Origin: Gnetum montanum
Lineage: Eukaryota > Plantae > Gnetophyta
Assembly (NCBI GenBank): GCA_015680685.1
Contig: MNCI01000286.1
Coordinates: 157,582 to 217,716 of the forward strand
Direction of reading: 5' to 3'
DNA: 60,135 nucleotides
The position numbers and the translations under genes are program-made. The notes beneath the pieces are model-generated. The model searched no databases. It was not told the origin of the DNA and was given only the letters and a program-made list of their open reading frames with translations. Below are positions 25,200 through 39,219 of the stretch, piece by piece; positions within the stretch are counted from its first letter, which is position 1, and each line of letters starts with the position of its first letter.

Positions 25200-26900
25200 T
25201 TGGGACCCATGATTTGCTCCCTACCTGCCACCAACCTGTATCTGTCCAAATCATCTGCAAGTTGAAGGATTTGAACTTGCAAAATGCAGTAAAAAAAAAC
25301 GCTACGCAATAGTAGTTATATCTGATAACAATTCCGGCATAAATAGTGGGACCCCTCGTATTGATTCAAAAATTTTGATGAAATAATTCCTGCTAAAATC
25401 TAGGCTCATGGAACTCTGCCATAACCTAGTTCCATTATGATGTATCATCACTCAAATTATTCCCCCCTGTGCCGATCTCAGCCAGAACCATATATATCGA
25501 CTGCCACCGCAAAAAAAGGCCCTGCTGTTGCATCTAGTAATGTTGCCGTGTGGTGTTCTACATTGAGTTGCTGCCACCATGTGCCATGTGTTCCATAAAA
25601 AACTATGGTAGTTGTAATCCTTATCTGTCACCACCTTTCGCTGCTCTCTCACTCTTTCTGCCATACAAACTCTTATCCGAATTTGCTATTGGGTCTATCT
25701 CAATTGCTGCATATCGATTTTCTTAGACCCTTTCCGGCCAGAGCAAGCATCGAAACTAAAATGACCTTGCCCCGACACGTCGATAGCTTTCCAAACTAAC
25801 CACCGATAGTTGGTGTTGCTTTTATGAGAAATAATACTCACAGGATTCGAAGGCATCGTGGGAGCCTGCAAAGGCAACGAGAATCTACTTCTTTTACGGG
25901 AATTGTAGGTGGAAATGCAGCCAGTAGGCTCATTCTCCTTCTCTTCTTTCTGGTTCATGGCTGAATTTTCCCAATACTACGTGCTACTGGAGTATCTATG
26001 ATTTCTATTTTTTTTTGCATCCAGTGAAAATGGCCACACATAGCAATGCTGTCGTAATTTCCAACCATAGAGGTTTGTTCAAGTTCTAGGCCATGATTGA
26101 TCTTGTTTGCATTTTTGGAGAGACTGGAGACACGATTAATGTTTTCTTGCAGAATGTAGCTATAAATGCCGATTCACTACAAGACCTCCATGTGTGCTCT
26201 GCGTTCACTAAATTTCTAGGACCAGATTCTTGGCAGGATGCCCTTGTCTACCATGATTTTAGATTTCCAGCAATTGTGGTTACGCACTACATTTTTCTTG
26301 GAGTTTATTTCTCTACCATGCCTTGGTGCTTTGTTAAATATGAGCTAGAAACCCTATTGCATTTTTGCCCTTTTATGTAAAGGCTCCACTCTCTATATAC
26401 TGCGGATTATTGAAGGAGATCTTCTTTTTCATTTGCAGTTTCTAGGAGCAAATGATAATTGTGATTTAGGGTTCTAACGGCCTGAAATCTTTGTCCCAGA
26501 TTTACCTGGGGCTTCTTGCATTTTTCTTTCTAAATTCATTTTATTCAATTTGTGAATCAGGGACAGCTATTGTATGATTTGGGTGCTAATATTGGCAAGA
26601 TTTTGATATATTCTTAATGCTTGTCTTGCTGTTTTTCTTCTAAAATTGTTGCTCATAACCTGTTCTTGTTTTTCCGGTTCTCATTACTGATTCAAATGCA
26701 GAGTATATACAAAGTGTTTGAAATTTTTCTTTTTTCCAGTGTCTCTACTTTTGCTGTCAATAAACATTACTGTAACATCCAATTCTTAATTCTTAGACTA
26801 CAAACACCTTTAATCAATTTTATCATGCCAACCTGTTCCATGAAATGGCCAAAATGTGCCAACAAATCTATGAATGAAGACAATCTACTATGCATAGCAC
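25200..26900 (+). other. CpG/CHG-retaining low-copy island, probable host transcribed locus
   Basis: Many CG, CAG and CTG sites unlike the flanks; TATATAT at ~25491; CT-rich leader-like tract at ~25641; T-rich acceptors ending at 26024, 26152 and 26438. Confidence 0.6.
26030..26211 (+). CDS. Candidate spliced 33-aa Cys-rich micro-ORF MATHSNAVVISNHRECSYKCRFTTRPPCVLCVH
   Basis: AAAATGGC start; exon 26030-26072, 80-nt intron AG|GTTTGT...TTTTCTTGCAG (26073-26152), exon 26153-26211. Splice phase is consistent. No homologue recognised. Confidence 0.35.
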
Positions 26901-26910
26901 ACACATAGAA

Positions 26911-27149
<239 letters not shown>

Positions 27150-27539
27150 ATTACCAAGAGAGCCAACCTTGATAAGAATTTCCAAGATTAGGTTCGAGAG
27201 GGTTCAATTGATCCATCACTAGCTATGATCTTGGATTCATGCCATCAAGAAATATTAGAATAGTTCACATAATCCAAGAATGGATTATCAATATTCAAGA
27301 TAAAATAAGATACCAATTAGAATGCACTCAAATACATGTTTAAATTTCTTTTAATCCATATACTTACATTATTTCAAAAACCTTAGAACATTATAAATTT
27401 ATAGAAACAAATAATTATCAATTACCATCAATCAGCCACCACCATCTTCCAACTTCTCCTTTACAAGTAGTATGAAGCAAGAAATAATAATCAAGAAAGG
27501 AAAATATAATAATAATAATAATTTTAAAATATATAACAT

Positions 27540-27710
27540 GAAGGGTCCATCATTTGGAGTGATGATAAGGAGCTCATTTCTCAAGTCAAAGACCTAGGTT
27601 TGAGCGTAGACATAGCCACTCGAAGATGTTAGGCTTTCCCTCATCTACAAACCCTCCTAGAACTCTACTTAGTAGGATGAGCACTATTGCTCCAAGTGAT
27701 GATCCTTTTA
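27540..27710 (+). mobile_element. tRNA-derived SINE (Au-like), copy 1
   Basis: GAAGGG start, A-box-like tggagtgatgataa, B-box-like ggtttgagc, ends gatcctttt. Collinear with the split copy at 56375-57573. Confidence 0.75.
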
Positions 27711-28042
27711 TAATAAGAGTAGGGCCTAAGGTTCAATCCTTAAGAAGCATATCATTATGATATAATAAAACATTTATAATTATTAATCGGTTCAAGGATT
27801 AAATCTCATTAATACATATGGGGTTGTTCCAAGATATATTATACAAAAGTTTATAAGCAAATATACCATGATATAGCAATCATAAATAAAATAAAAAATA
27901 GGGGGTTCAAAGATTAAATTCCAAGTTATACAAAATTAAGATACACATGATATCAAAGAAACCAATGACTCAAAGCTTCATAACCATAACAAAGATGTTA
28001 GAAAACACTAAAATATATTGGTAGTTATAGTACAACAATATT

Positions 28043-28319
28043 CATCATCATCCTAGCCTTGTCCCAACAAAATGGGTTGGCTACATGAGTTCTTTTTCAC
28101 CATTTGCCTCTATGAAAAGCTAGATCTTTTTTTATTTGCAATTTTTTTTAAACATATTCGATCATGTGACTATTACACATTGCATATGGGGAATGCCCTA
28201 GAATATGCAAAATCTAAAAAAAATGCAATCATGAGATTTGGTAAGGTTTTATAGCCCAGCTGCCAACTTGATACTAACCCTTCTCTTTTTGTATCTGAGC
28301 TTGGAATTGGAATTGGTAG
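28043..28319 (-). mobile_element. Short non-autonomous RTE-LINE-derived element with ~20-bp TSD
   Basis: Minus 5' CCAATTCCAAGCTCAGATACAAAAAGAGAAGGGTT and 3' CATGTAGCCAACCC...GGGACAAGGCTAGGATGATGATG resemble plant RTE termini. TSD agttatagtacaacaatatt (28023-28042) / agttataatacagtaatatt (28320-28339). Confidence 0.8.
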
Positions 28320-28439
28320 AGTTATAATACAGTAATATTAAACTATATTATACAACCATATGCTAATGCATATAACACCAAAAAATATAACCTACAAACC
28401 TAAGATCCTAGGTTTGAAACACTGGGATGTTAATAAGAT

Positions 28440-31020
28440 CTACGTCAAAAGTAGCAATTTGTGTATAGAGTTTAGTTTTAATTAGAAATTTTGGTAGTTT
28501 TTCATATATTAACTCATAGGGAGAAGAGCCTATAAAAATTTTCCATGTTGAGTGATAGGTCTAAAGTGCATCATTTAATGTTATGCTATAATCCTTCATA
28601 TATTTGCCAATGGTTCATATCAAGATTTTAGTTAATTCATTATTAGTGACTTCAACTTCACCATTTCTTGGAAGTGATAAGGTGTAGTTAATTTATGTTT
28701 GAACCCCAAGCATTACATAATCATTTTAAATTTAATGCTTGTAAAGTGGGTCTCATTGACCAAGATAAGACACCAAGGCACACCAAACTTCTTTATAACA
28801 TGTTGCTTAAAAATGTCATAGTTGTGGCTATGATACAATCATTCATAGTGGAAACGTCTATCCATTTCATACAATAGCAAAAATAATCATATCTTGTCCA
28901 TTTAACATTAGTAATATGAGTTCCATGAAATCAATTTTCTAAATATAAAAAGGATCCAATGATTAAATTCATTATTGTAATTCCTTAAAGCATGCAAATA
29001 TTCCACCATCCTGTTGGCATCACTCACAAGATTGGGAGAACAAGTGCACATCCCTAAAAATTATTCATTAAGAATAAAAAATCATGAGAATTTTGATGGT
29101 TTTTTGTCTTCTTACATAGTGGCCATCACATGATCCATCATGAGCATTTGGGAGTCTCCTTAGGTATGCACCAACATACCGAGCGATTTATGTAAATTTT
29201 ATAGAGATTACTCCCTATCTCCATGTATCATTTAACTTGGTGGAGAAATTTTTGTATCTTCCATTTATCTCATTTAGAAGAAACTTTCTGCTCCATTAGA
29301 TAAATTAGATAGTTAGCAAACAAATGAGTGGTTACCAAAGAAAAAATAATAGTTACCTTTGCAAATAATATTTTGTCTAGAAATTGGTTGAAAAGAGGCT
29401 CTTCATCAACCTCTTGGTCCCATTTTAATTGAGATAAATGATCTACAATAACATTCTTTATCCCTTTTGTCTCTATCATCATAATTTTAAATTCATCTAA
29501 GATCACAAGAAACTGAATGATATGATGGATCACTACTATTTTATTCATTAGAAATCTAATTGCACTATGGTCTATATGCATAAACATTAGGCATTTAAGC
29601 ATACAATACTAGAATTTCTCAAGTGCATACGCCTCCACCATCAACTCCTTTTCTATAGTAGTGTAGTTTAGTTGTGCATTGGTTATTTATCTACTAACAT
29701 GATGGATATAACATGAACATTTTTTTCATCATCCATTTGCTTCAACACTATCTCTAGCATGTAGTTAGGTGCATCTATCATAATTTGAAATGGTTTAGAC
29801 CAATCTTATGCTTGTAGAATGAGAGTCTCCATGAGCTTCTTTTTCAACATTTCAAAAGTACATTCACATTTATTAATATAGACAAATGATACATTATTTT
29901 TTGTTAGCTAAGCCAATAACTTGGAAGTCTTTTGTAAGTTCTCAATAAAGTGCTAATAGAACATTATATGTTCAAGAAATGACCTCATATCTTTTACTCT
30001 TTAATTTTTTAAGTGACTCCTTTAGTCACTCTAATCTTTTCAAGGTTCATCTCAATCTTATGTTTAGAAAACCTATGGCCCAATACAATGCCATCTTGTA
30101 CCAACATATGAATTTTCTATCAATTCAGTTTCAAGTTTGTCTCCACATGACACTTGAGTACCTGATTTAATATGTCCAATGCTTATTCAAAATTAGATTA
30201 ATAGATGAATAATTGATCTATGAAGACTTCCATCTCATTGTTAATTTTCTTCTTAAAGATGTTCAACACCAAATGTTACAATGTGATATGATCATTATAT
30301 AAGCCAAAGGACAACTTTCTATATGCAAAGGTTCCTTATGAACTCATAAGTGTAGTCTTGATCTAATGTTCTAAAGTAATTTGAATTTGATTGTAGCCAC
30401 TGTAACTCTCCAAAAAATTGTAATATTTGTGACATAATATAGTATCCAAAATCTAATATAAAAAAGAAAGTAGAAAATGATCCTTGAATATTTTCATGTT
30501 TAACAATCTAAAATCAACACAGATCCTCCACTTACCATCATTCTTACCATATTTATGAGTGGGTTAACCCACTCACTATCTATAATTGAATAGATTAATC
30601 ATGCTTTAAGAATTTATTTCATCTCTTACTTTATCATCTCTTTAAGCTTTAGGTTCAGCTTGTGTTGAGGTAATTACCTAGTCTTGGTTATTGGATCCAT
30701 GTATATGCAGTGTTGGCATATATGTGGATCAATCCCTACAATTCCATCGAATGACTAGGTGAAAGTTGTTGACCATTTTCTTATCACCTTAGGAAACTTT
30801 CTTATTTCATCTATTGTGAGTTGGAAATTAATGATGATAAGTTTTCTATTATCTAAATAAACAAAGTCTATAGACTACAGTAACATTTTCAACTTGGTGA
30901 ACTTTGAAATAGGCTCTTATGGGATCTCTAGCTTTCCCTAATCAATCTTTTCTTCTTGAGCCTATCCAACTTGGAAAAGCTTCTACCACATACCTTTCAT
31001 TTCATCCATTTTTTCTACAT
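28440..31020 (-). pseudogene. Element A: Athila-like pol remnant (RT-RNase H-integrase), heavily degenerate
   Basis: DHSAIRFLMNK...KNVIVDHLSQL (29270-29602). DNA is collinear with pol of B (47400-48170) and C. Confidence 0.85.
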
Positions 31021-32413
31021 TGAGACTAATTATTAGAGTGGGCATAGTAGAAATTATTAGTGAAGGCAGAAGTTTGGGAGAAATTTTGGATCAAATTGAA
31101 AATTCTCAAAAAACTTAGTCTAGACATATCGCAAGACATCACTCAAGTGGTGGCTTGTGATGATTAGGAAATCATTCTATATCATCAAATTTCACTGGAT
31201 TAGCAAAAATTGAAATGCTATAAATTATTTTATATTCTAGCATATTGTCAAATATCACTAGTGATAATAGGAATCGGCCTCTTTGAAATTTCTTGCAGTG
31301 ACAACATATATTTAAATCAATATCTTCTATCATTCTTTAAAAAAAGCAAATTGCACTCTATTAGTTTGGATGATAAACATTGATATCATTAAAATATGTC
31401 ATCAAAATTACTAGATTGATAGATCTAGTGATGAGCCTCATGTTTTTGATTTTTGTACGATGCCTAAAATTTCCAAAGATGATAAAAATCAATATGCTGA
31501 AATTTTCAATCAAAATGTTTGTAATTCAACACAATCCTTGATAAATTTGAATGGATTCAAGTTTAATTGGATAAGAGTGACTCAAATCTATATCAAAGGC
31601 TTATAAACATTATCATGCAAGTCATATTTCAAGACTTCTACAAAGAAATTGATTAGACATGACTTCTTAGAAAAGGACAAGCAACATGACTTTGAATTAT
31701 ACATTGCATGGACATGGAAAGATGAATAAAATTATTAATATCTACATCACATATCTTTTAAATAAATAGAGACTTGAACATTCTTAACACCTCAATACAT
31801 CAACAACATAGGGCTTGAACATGATCTTAGATGCCCTTCATTCTACAACACAAATTCTAACATAAATTACCTCAAACTGGTATAAAAAAACCTCCACAAA
31901 TCAATATCTACTTGGTGCAAGAAAAAGCATTAAAAAAACTCATGAATTAAAAGCACTTTAAATCCTTCATCATTTCTACAAATACTTTCATCAAAAACAT
32001 TCATGATTATATTTGGGACAAGAAACATGAAATAAAACTAAAATTTACCATCTCATTGCATGCATAAGAGAGCCTCTTTTTTCTTCAATCATTTATGAAA
32101 AATTATGTAAAAAAGGGTTGTGAAATTATGAAAATACTTTGTGGAAAAATTTTAATAAATACTTTTGAGAATTTGGATCTACAAAATTTATGATGGGAGA
32201 GCTAAAATGGGATATTTGGCTACAAGAATGTGAGAATGGAGGCACCTAAACTAGAAAGTTGGTAACAACTCAAATGAATAGAAGATGAAGTAAGAGAGAA
32301 AAAAGAAAAACTTTACTTCATGAATCTTAATTTTTCATGACTTCATTCTAGTTTACAATGAGGCTCATGGTCTTATTTTAGAGCTTGAGGGGTGGAGAGG
32401 TCTTGAAACTCCT

Positions 32414-33283
32414 TGATGGGCAGTTGGGTATTCCAACAATCTACCATACAAGTCACAAGTGCACACATGTGTCCAAATCATAATCCATGGATGAAAAATG
32501 TAAGTATGCTAGTAGTTTATAGTTGGTTTGTAATCATTTTCTTCTCATATTAAGTTAGTTATGTACGAGTAGTATGGTTTAAATCTTAGTAAGGCATATG
32601 ATATCATGATGTTATTAGCTTAATTTAATCCTAAGTGCTTCCATAATGAAAATGAGAATAAAGTCTAGATCTAAATGATAACTAAAATATAAATCTATCA
32701 TATTCTATGGCAATAAGCATTTGTTCCTGGCTTGTTGTACATACCTTGGGCTCATGTAACTGTTATCGGAAGCAAGTGAATTCACTACAAATAAAATCAA
32801 GTGAAGCCACTACTGGGTTATCAAACGATTACACTTAATGCTCAAAACTAGTCACACTTATACTACCCCACTAAGAGACATTAGTAGCATTCAAGAATTG
32901 TAAATGACATAAGAGTAAACATGTTGGAAAGTACAATTAACCTAAGTAAAGTAAAGTAAAGTAAAGTAAGTAGAATGCTGCAATGGTAAGAAACAATCTT
33001 GATCTGTATTTCTAGTCATGAATTATGTCTAGCTTTAATCCACTCAAAGAAAGACTCTGTACAACTATTAGTTACCACACTATGGGCATTCACTTCTAAC
33101 TCTAACTCTAATGTAACTCATGAAAAAAAATACAAGAATTTTACTAAGTGTTGCACAAAAGTTATCCCAATGATGTGATGGCGGATTGGTATTTATAGCC
33201 ATGACTAGGGCCTAGTATATCATATCTGTGATGATGTATGCAAAGCTATGATATCATATCATTTGGCTTAATGGATTTTATCA
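32414..33283 (-). repeat. 3' LTR of element B
   Basis: Aligns end to end with 50751-51611. Preceded on minus by AAGGACGAGTATTCGGTTAGTTGTGAGGGTA (PPT region). Confidence 0.92.
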
Positions 33284-33499
33284 TACCCTCACAACTAACC
33301 GAATACTCGTCCTTAAGTTAAAATAAGAAGATAGAATTCTTGACAAAATTTTGAGGTGTATTCAAACTTTGACATGACTACTTATATACATTGTTAACTT
33401 GACTCTAAATGATGCATATATGACTCAAGTGGTATTTACAGAATTACCATTCATTGCATGATTGGCATAATTTGACAATTCAAAAAAATAGAACAAAAT

Positions 33500-36360
33500 G
33501 GTAAAGCTTGATGTAACCTTATGTCCCTAGTGGTGGTGGCTCCTCCATTAGCTTCTTCTCTTTACCATTGGGCTTTGGGATTTGATATTTGTTGGGAAAC
33601 ACTTGAATTTTTTCTTCTTTTGATCTAGGATCATGTACTATCTAGGTAAATTCTATGATGTTAGCTAGAGTTAGTACCTTCCATGGGTATGGCAACTGTG
33701 AAAACATCTTGTTTGCCTTTACATACCAAGCTACAAACTATCATGTTTTTTCTTCAACTACCCTAGCCACTTTTCTTAACTCTTGATAATTTTTCATTTT
33801 ACAAGCTAAGCTTGCTACTACATCCTTCTGATCCTAGTAGCTTGCTTTGACCACTTCCAGCTTAGAGTTTGCAATATGCAATTTTTGTTACACATCCTTT
33901 CTATCTATAAACTCTTTCTCATATAATGCATAAGTCATAGCCACTGGCTACTCCAATTTATTTCTAGGCCTTCCTACTATGAGCATGGCTAAGTTAGCAC
34001 ACCAAAAGTTTTCTAATCCCATGTACTCTATAAGCTCCTCAATCTACAGGTTCTTATTTTTCACTTCAACTTCGTGGACATGGGCAAGACCATCCAAGAT
34101 TGGCTGCTAATCAGGTGTTTGCATGACGATGGAACTAATTTTGGCTTTAGCCATCTAGATTTATTTTTTATTAATTTTTTTATACATGCCCACCTGGTCT
34201 CTAAAGTGCTTTGTTAGCCTCTAATGCTTCTTAGCCTCATTTTTTCATGTGCTGATTTCAATATCATATTTTTGATAGATAGTGTGAACTTCCTCCATTA
34301 ATAGGGTTCTATTTTCTCCAACTAATTTTTGCATATCTTGGTTGACTCTTGCAAATTGTTCTCTAAGCTAATGCATGCTTTCTTTGAGAACATTGTTCTA
34401 TTTTTCTATATCTATCAACCTTGTATTTTTAGTAGCAATTCTTTTTCTTCTTCTTCAAGGATAGTTAATACTTTAACATGTGCATGAGTTTGAGCTTCTG
34501 CTATAGAGGCATTCCATGTTTCCTTATCCTTTTCCATCTCTACCTAGATGTCTTTAGCTATGATTTGGTTTACTTGTTCAATTCTAAATTTATCAAGCTA
34601 GTCTGACACTATGTATTGTGAAAGGCCTCCTTTTTCTACTTTTAATGTTGTCAATTTAGCTTGCAACCTCTACACTTTATTCTCTACATGTTCAGCTATT
34701 ATTTTAGCCATTACCAGCTTGTCCTAAGTTGAGATCAAATATTACTATACTATAGTGATATTTTTGGAGATATCAAAGAGATTTTGCATTACTTGGCCCA
34801 TCTGCAATATTCAATCTAGGATATCTTCATGTTCTTCTAGGAGCATGGATGTACCAACTATCTTTTCAACATCTCTAGCTCCAGTAACATCTACTAGTGA
34901 CATAATGAAAATATTAAATGATTATTTAATGTGATCTATAATCACCTCTGCTACTCCTATTGCATCCTAGTACAACCATGGCTCCTTCTCCTCTCTCCAA
35001 CATGGCCTGAAAGGTTGCAATGTTCCTAGAGATTTGTTGTGCCCAATCTTCATCTTCTTCTACCTGCAATGAGACTTGACCACAAGTAGATCCTATTAAT
35101 ACATCAAGTCTTACAAAATTATCTCTTACTTTATACATTGTAGAAACTTTCCAATTCCCCCAACTTATGGTTTCTACAATTTGTTGCAAGTGACTCATGG
35201 AAGGTCTATAGTCTTGTTGAGGTGGTGGAGCCCTTGATTCAACTCTATTACTAGCTAGAATTGATCCATAGGTCCTACTTTCTCTTATCTTGTTGCTACA
35301 ATGATGCATGCTAGTGTTGATCTTGATGCTTTCTTAGTTCCTTTTGGCTTTTCTAGCTGATCTTTCTTTGGAGGCATTGGCTTGGACATCTTAGCATAGG
35401 ATGCAATCTAGGCCTTGTGTAAGACATTATTGGTGTAGCCCAGCATCCTAGCTTGCTTACATAGCCTTCTAATAAGATAAGGAAATGACAATGTAAGTTT
35501 CCCTACCTTCTTTTCTTCAAATCTCCTTTCAATTTCTAGAAACAATAAATGAGCCAAATTTACATTTAATTTCCCCATAAGAATTGTGCTTTCTCTTGTG
35601 GCATACATGAAAATTCTATTCAATCTCTTAGTGGGAAATATGTGGTAGGTTCCTATCTTAAAGTATATTTTCTCCTTAGCAAACAATTCACTATATTCTT
35701 TATTTGCCTTGCCATAAGCCCTTTATAGTCATAACTTCTTTACCTCAGTATCAAATCTTATAAATATATACACAATGTTTGCTTTGACATTAGGAATATT
35801 AAGTGCCTTTATAATTACTTCAACTAAATAAGGCACAAAGACTCCTTCAATTTTTAGTGTGACATCCTCATGCTTATTTTTCCAAAATTAATACACTTCT
35901 CCTAAGTATCATTCTCTACTACATTATAAAAGTTGGCCACAAAGGAAAGGCTTGGAGATGTTCTCTGACATTGGTAGGTGTGAATTATATAAACAGCCTG
36001 AAGTTGAGTTCCATAATAACTATGGACATGATTGATTTTTCTTGAATGGCCTGAAGACATTCTGTTGACAACATGAGGTATTGTCCTTGCTCTGGAGCTA
36101 GTAGTACCTTAGCCTTAGCTTGTGTAGAGTGTTCTATTGCAAGTATTTTCTAATGGATGTTAAAGGATTAAGCCTCCTACTTTGCTTGTGGATTCTATTC
36201 TGCAACTTGTCCTTTGCCTCTACCTCTAGGTCTTTTGCTTCCTTGCTATGAGGACCTTCCTTCCATGGATATTTTAAGAGCCATCTGCAATCATTAAGGA
36301 TTCGTATAAGATTACTCAAGCATTTTAAATAGGTTCTTAATGGTTCATAGTCCTCCCTCA
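33500..36360 (-). pseudogene. Athila env-like / putative plant transposon protein ORF remnant of B, with long coiled coil
   Basis: ILMGKLNVNLAHLLFLEI...TLSFPYLIRRLCKQA (35408-35686) fits the Athila env-like pattern. Lies between pol and the 3' LTR; E/K-rich region ~33750-34850. Confidence 0.7.
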
Positions 36361-39219
36361 AGTTCTAAAGTTTGATCACAAGTTTATTCTTATTATTAAT
36401 TATAGTTCTTATTATGAATGAAGAGTTAGAAAAATTTTGAAAATTTCAAAAAGAAACCCTTATTAGTTGTACTTTTGTTTATTAAGGCTTCTTACAATTA
36501 TTATTTTCTCATTTATTGTGTGATTGGATGGGTGCTTAGGAGAATTGGTTTAAATATGCTTATTTGTTCTTATTCTTACACTTAATATACTATTCCAGCA
36601 TTATAGAAATTTGGCTCAATTTTACTTATTTACACATAGCACTCTCCCCCACAACTAAGTTAGTCACTCTGTGATCAAGAAGGTTCAAAAATAACACAAA
36701 TCGAAGTGATGAGAGAGTTATGGTGCTTGGAAGGTTGGCTACTAGAGGGTTAGAAAACCAGCATGAACTCCCCTTACTTACAATGTGAAAAATGAAAGAT
36801 TTCCTAACTCCCACACATATACATAGATGTTTTATATCAAAAACATCATAGTTGCAATGTATTAGGGCCTAATACATCATAGCTAGGACATTGCCATCGA
36901 GAAATTTTGATTTTGAGAAATTTTTCGTGGAAAAATTGGGATAAATGGATAGTTTGGAAGAGGTAGAAGTGATCTAAAGGATACTTGATTATGAATAATG
37001 CTCAAAATATGAAAATTTGATAGTAAAAACTTGTGAGAGAAGGACTCTTTGGCAAAGAAAGCTAATGAGATATATAGGAGATGGTAGTAGGGATTTCCAA
37101 AAGTATGATTAGTTATGAGAATGTTGGAAAGTGAAAATTGATGGTTTAAGTGTCTTGAAGGCATAAGATGATGTAAAATTGGTTGTTAGGTATGAAGCAC
37201 AAGATTTATACAAGTGGATCCTCCTCAAAGCAAGCTCCAGCTCTTAGTGCCCTTGTATAACTACACCTACAAGTGTCTGTAGACACTCAAGAAGTTGAAT
37301 GTAAAACATACTTGTATTGCAAAACATACACATGTTAGTATCATTTGAATGAGAAAATAACACTATATTATCGAAAATCATTAAATTATGATTATATATA
37401 GCCATGAGGTGCAATGGAAGTAGAAGGGATTGCAAGAATTGGAACATAAGATGTCTTACATTAGGCATAATGGCTTCTTGTGTGTGATACATGGTTAAAG
37501 TAATCATTAGCCTTTCCATCCAAGATCCAAACCAATTCCATACCACTTACCAGTGACATCACATTACATCATCCTAAAAATAGCAAACACAATACTATCA
37601 CAACTACAAAGAGTATTAACACTTGGAAATGAAGTTCAAAGAAGTAGTTTATTACTAGCAAACTTTATTTTTTAAAGGAGACTTGGCCATTGAATAGAGG
37701 AGTGCCTTTAGGCAAGGATAACATATCTTTCTAGCTCCATAACCAATGTGATTCCAAGAGACCTTGAAATTTCTTAGAAGTCACCTACCTTCAAGCATGG
37801 GTAACATGTCTCTCTTGTGAAACCCCTAGAAATTTTTATATTGTGCATTTATTATGTTATTATTACATCAACCTTACCAGAGGACTACCTTCTGGCATGG
37901 GTAGCATGTCTTTCTAGTGACATGGTAAGGAAACACTTAATTTGGACATCCATGTTTCGTTGAAACTCAAGTAAATAATACAACTAAACATCAAGATAAA
38001 GTTTATAGTAGTAGCGATAGAGAATCTACAAATACCATTAATCCCACACCCTTTTCATTTTCATTTGGTTATTTACTCTTCTATCCAAGCATAATGATCA
38101 CAAGTTTATTTTAGTTTTATTGTGAAGAGAATATCATTATGTCCATGGTAAGAACCTCTTATTATTGGAAATGAGTGGATGGATGATGTTGTCTCACTAT
38201 TTATAGAATCAATCTACTAATGATTTGATAATATAGGGTATATTCAAATTATTGGAACTACATCCTATTTTATTCCTTCATAATTTATTAGAAAAATGTA
38301 TACAAGAAAGATGATGAAAAATTGAAGAAAAATGTTTGATGAATCATTTTTTCATTAGATTCTGATATCGAAGCCCCAAAATCAAATCTCATGATGCATT
38401 ATTGGATATCCGATATTGCAGGATACATGCTAGCCTATAAATACAACACTTGGGCACATGATTCATCCATTTCATTCCTTAGTTGTAGTGAAGCTCTTGC
38501 AATTTTTCCTCCTAAAAGTTAGAATATTTTTTGAGTGCCTATAGTAGGATTCAAAGAAGTGTTACCCTAAAAAAAATTTTGAGTGCCTATAGTAGGAACA
38601 AGAAGTGTACAGATGGCTCATTACAACTAACCACAACCTTATGAGTAGTACCAATAGTGGCAACACCCATAGTCATGGGGGGTGCCACCACCAAGGTAGC
38701 AATACCCTTGCCAGTAGCCAGATCCATATCAGTACTATGTTTAGCAACCCATTTCTCTATGTGACTCTTCTAGTTATGCTTTATTGCAGCATCAGTACTA
38801 CCTCCTGAATACTATAGAGCCCAATCTTTAAGATGGGAATCCCCATTTCCTCATTACCCTCCTCATCCTTCTACACATGTCCCTCCATCATTAACTTAAT
38901 TACCACATGTTTCATCAATGTAGGGTGAAATTCCAACCTAGTCACAACAATGTAACACCACTACGGCTATTAACCTATAGCCGGCTCCTTAGCTGAGTGG
39001 TTTGGAAAGCCAATCCCAAAAAATATCATTCTTCCAAACCAATAGTCCTGCAAAGCCCTCATAGACATACGTGATTGGTAGCCCTACTTCTCCCTCATCC
39101 TCTACATCTACATCCTTTGAGTCCCCTTTAAACCAAACACCTCCCAAAATGCATATTGTCATGTTAATTCATGTTGTAACTGATTGGATGAATGTTGGCC
39201 ACTTTTCAAAAAAGAGATC

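Noticed and set aside
25641-25663. miR156/529 target-mimic-like site CTGCTCTCTC-ACT-CTTTCTGCCA
   Set aside because: Needs a bulge plus several mismatches in a CT-rich tract, so a chance match is likely.
25851-25870. miR160 target-like AGGCATCGTGGGAGCCTGCA
   Set aside because: Three central mismatches plus a gap in the seed-pairing region; no ARF coding context.
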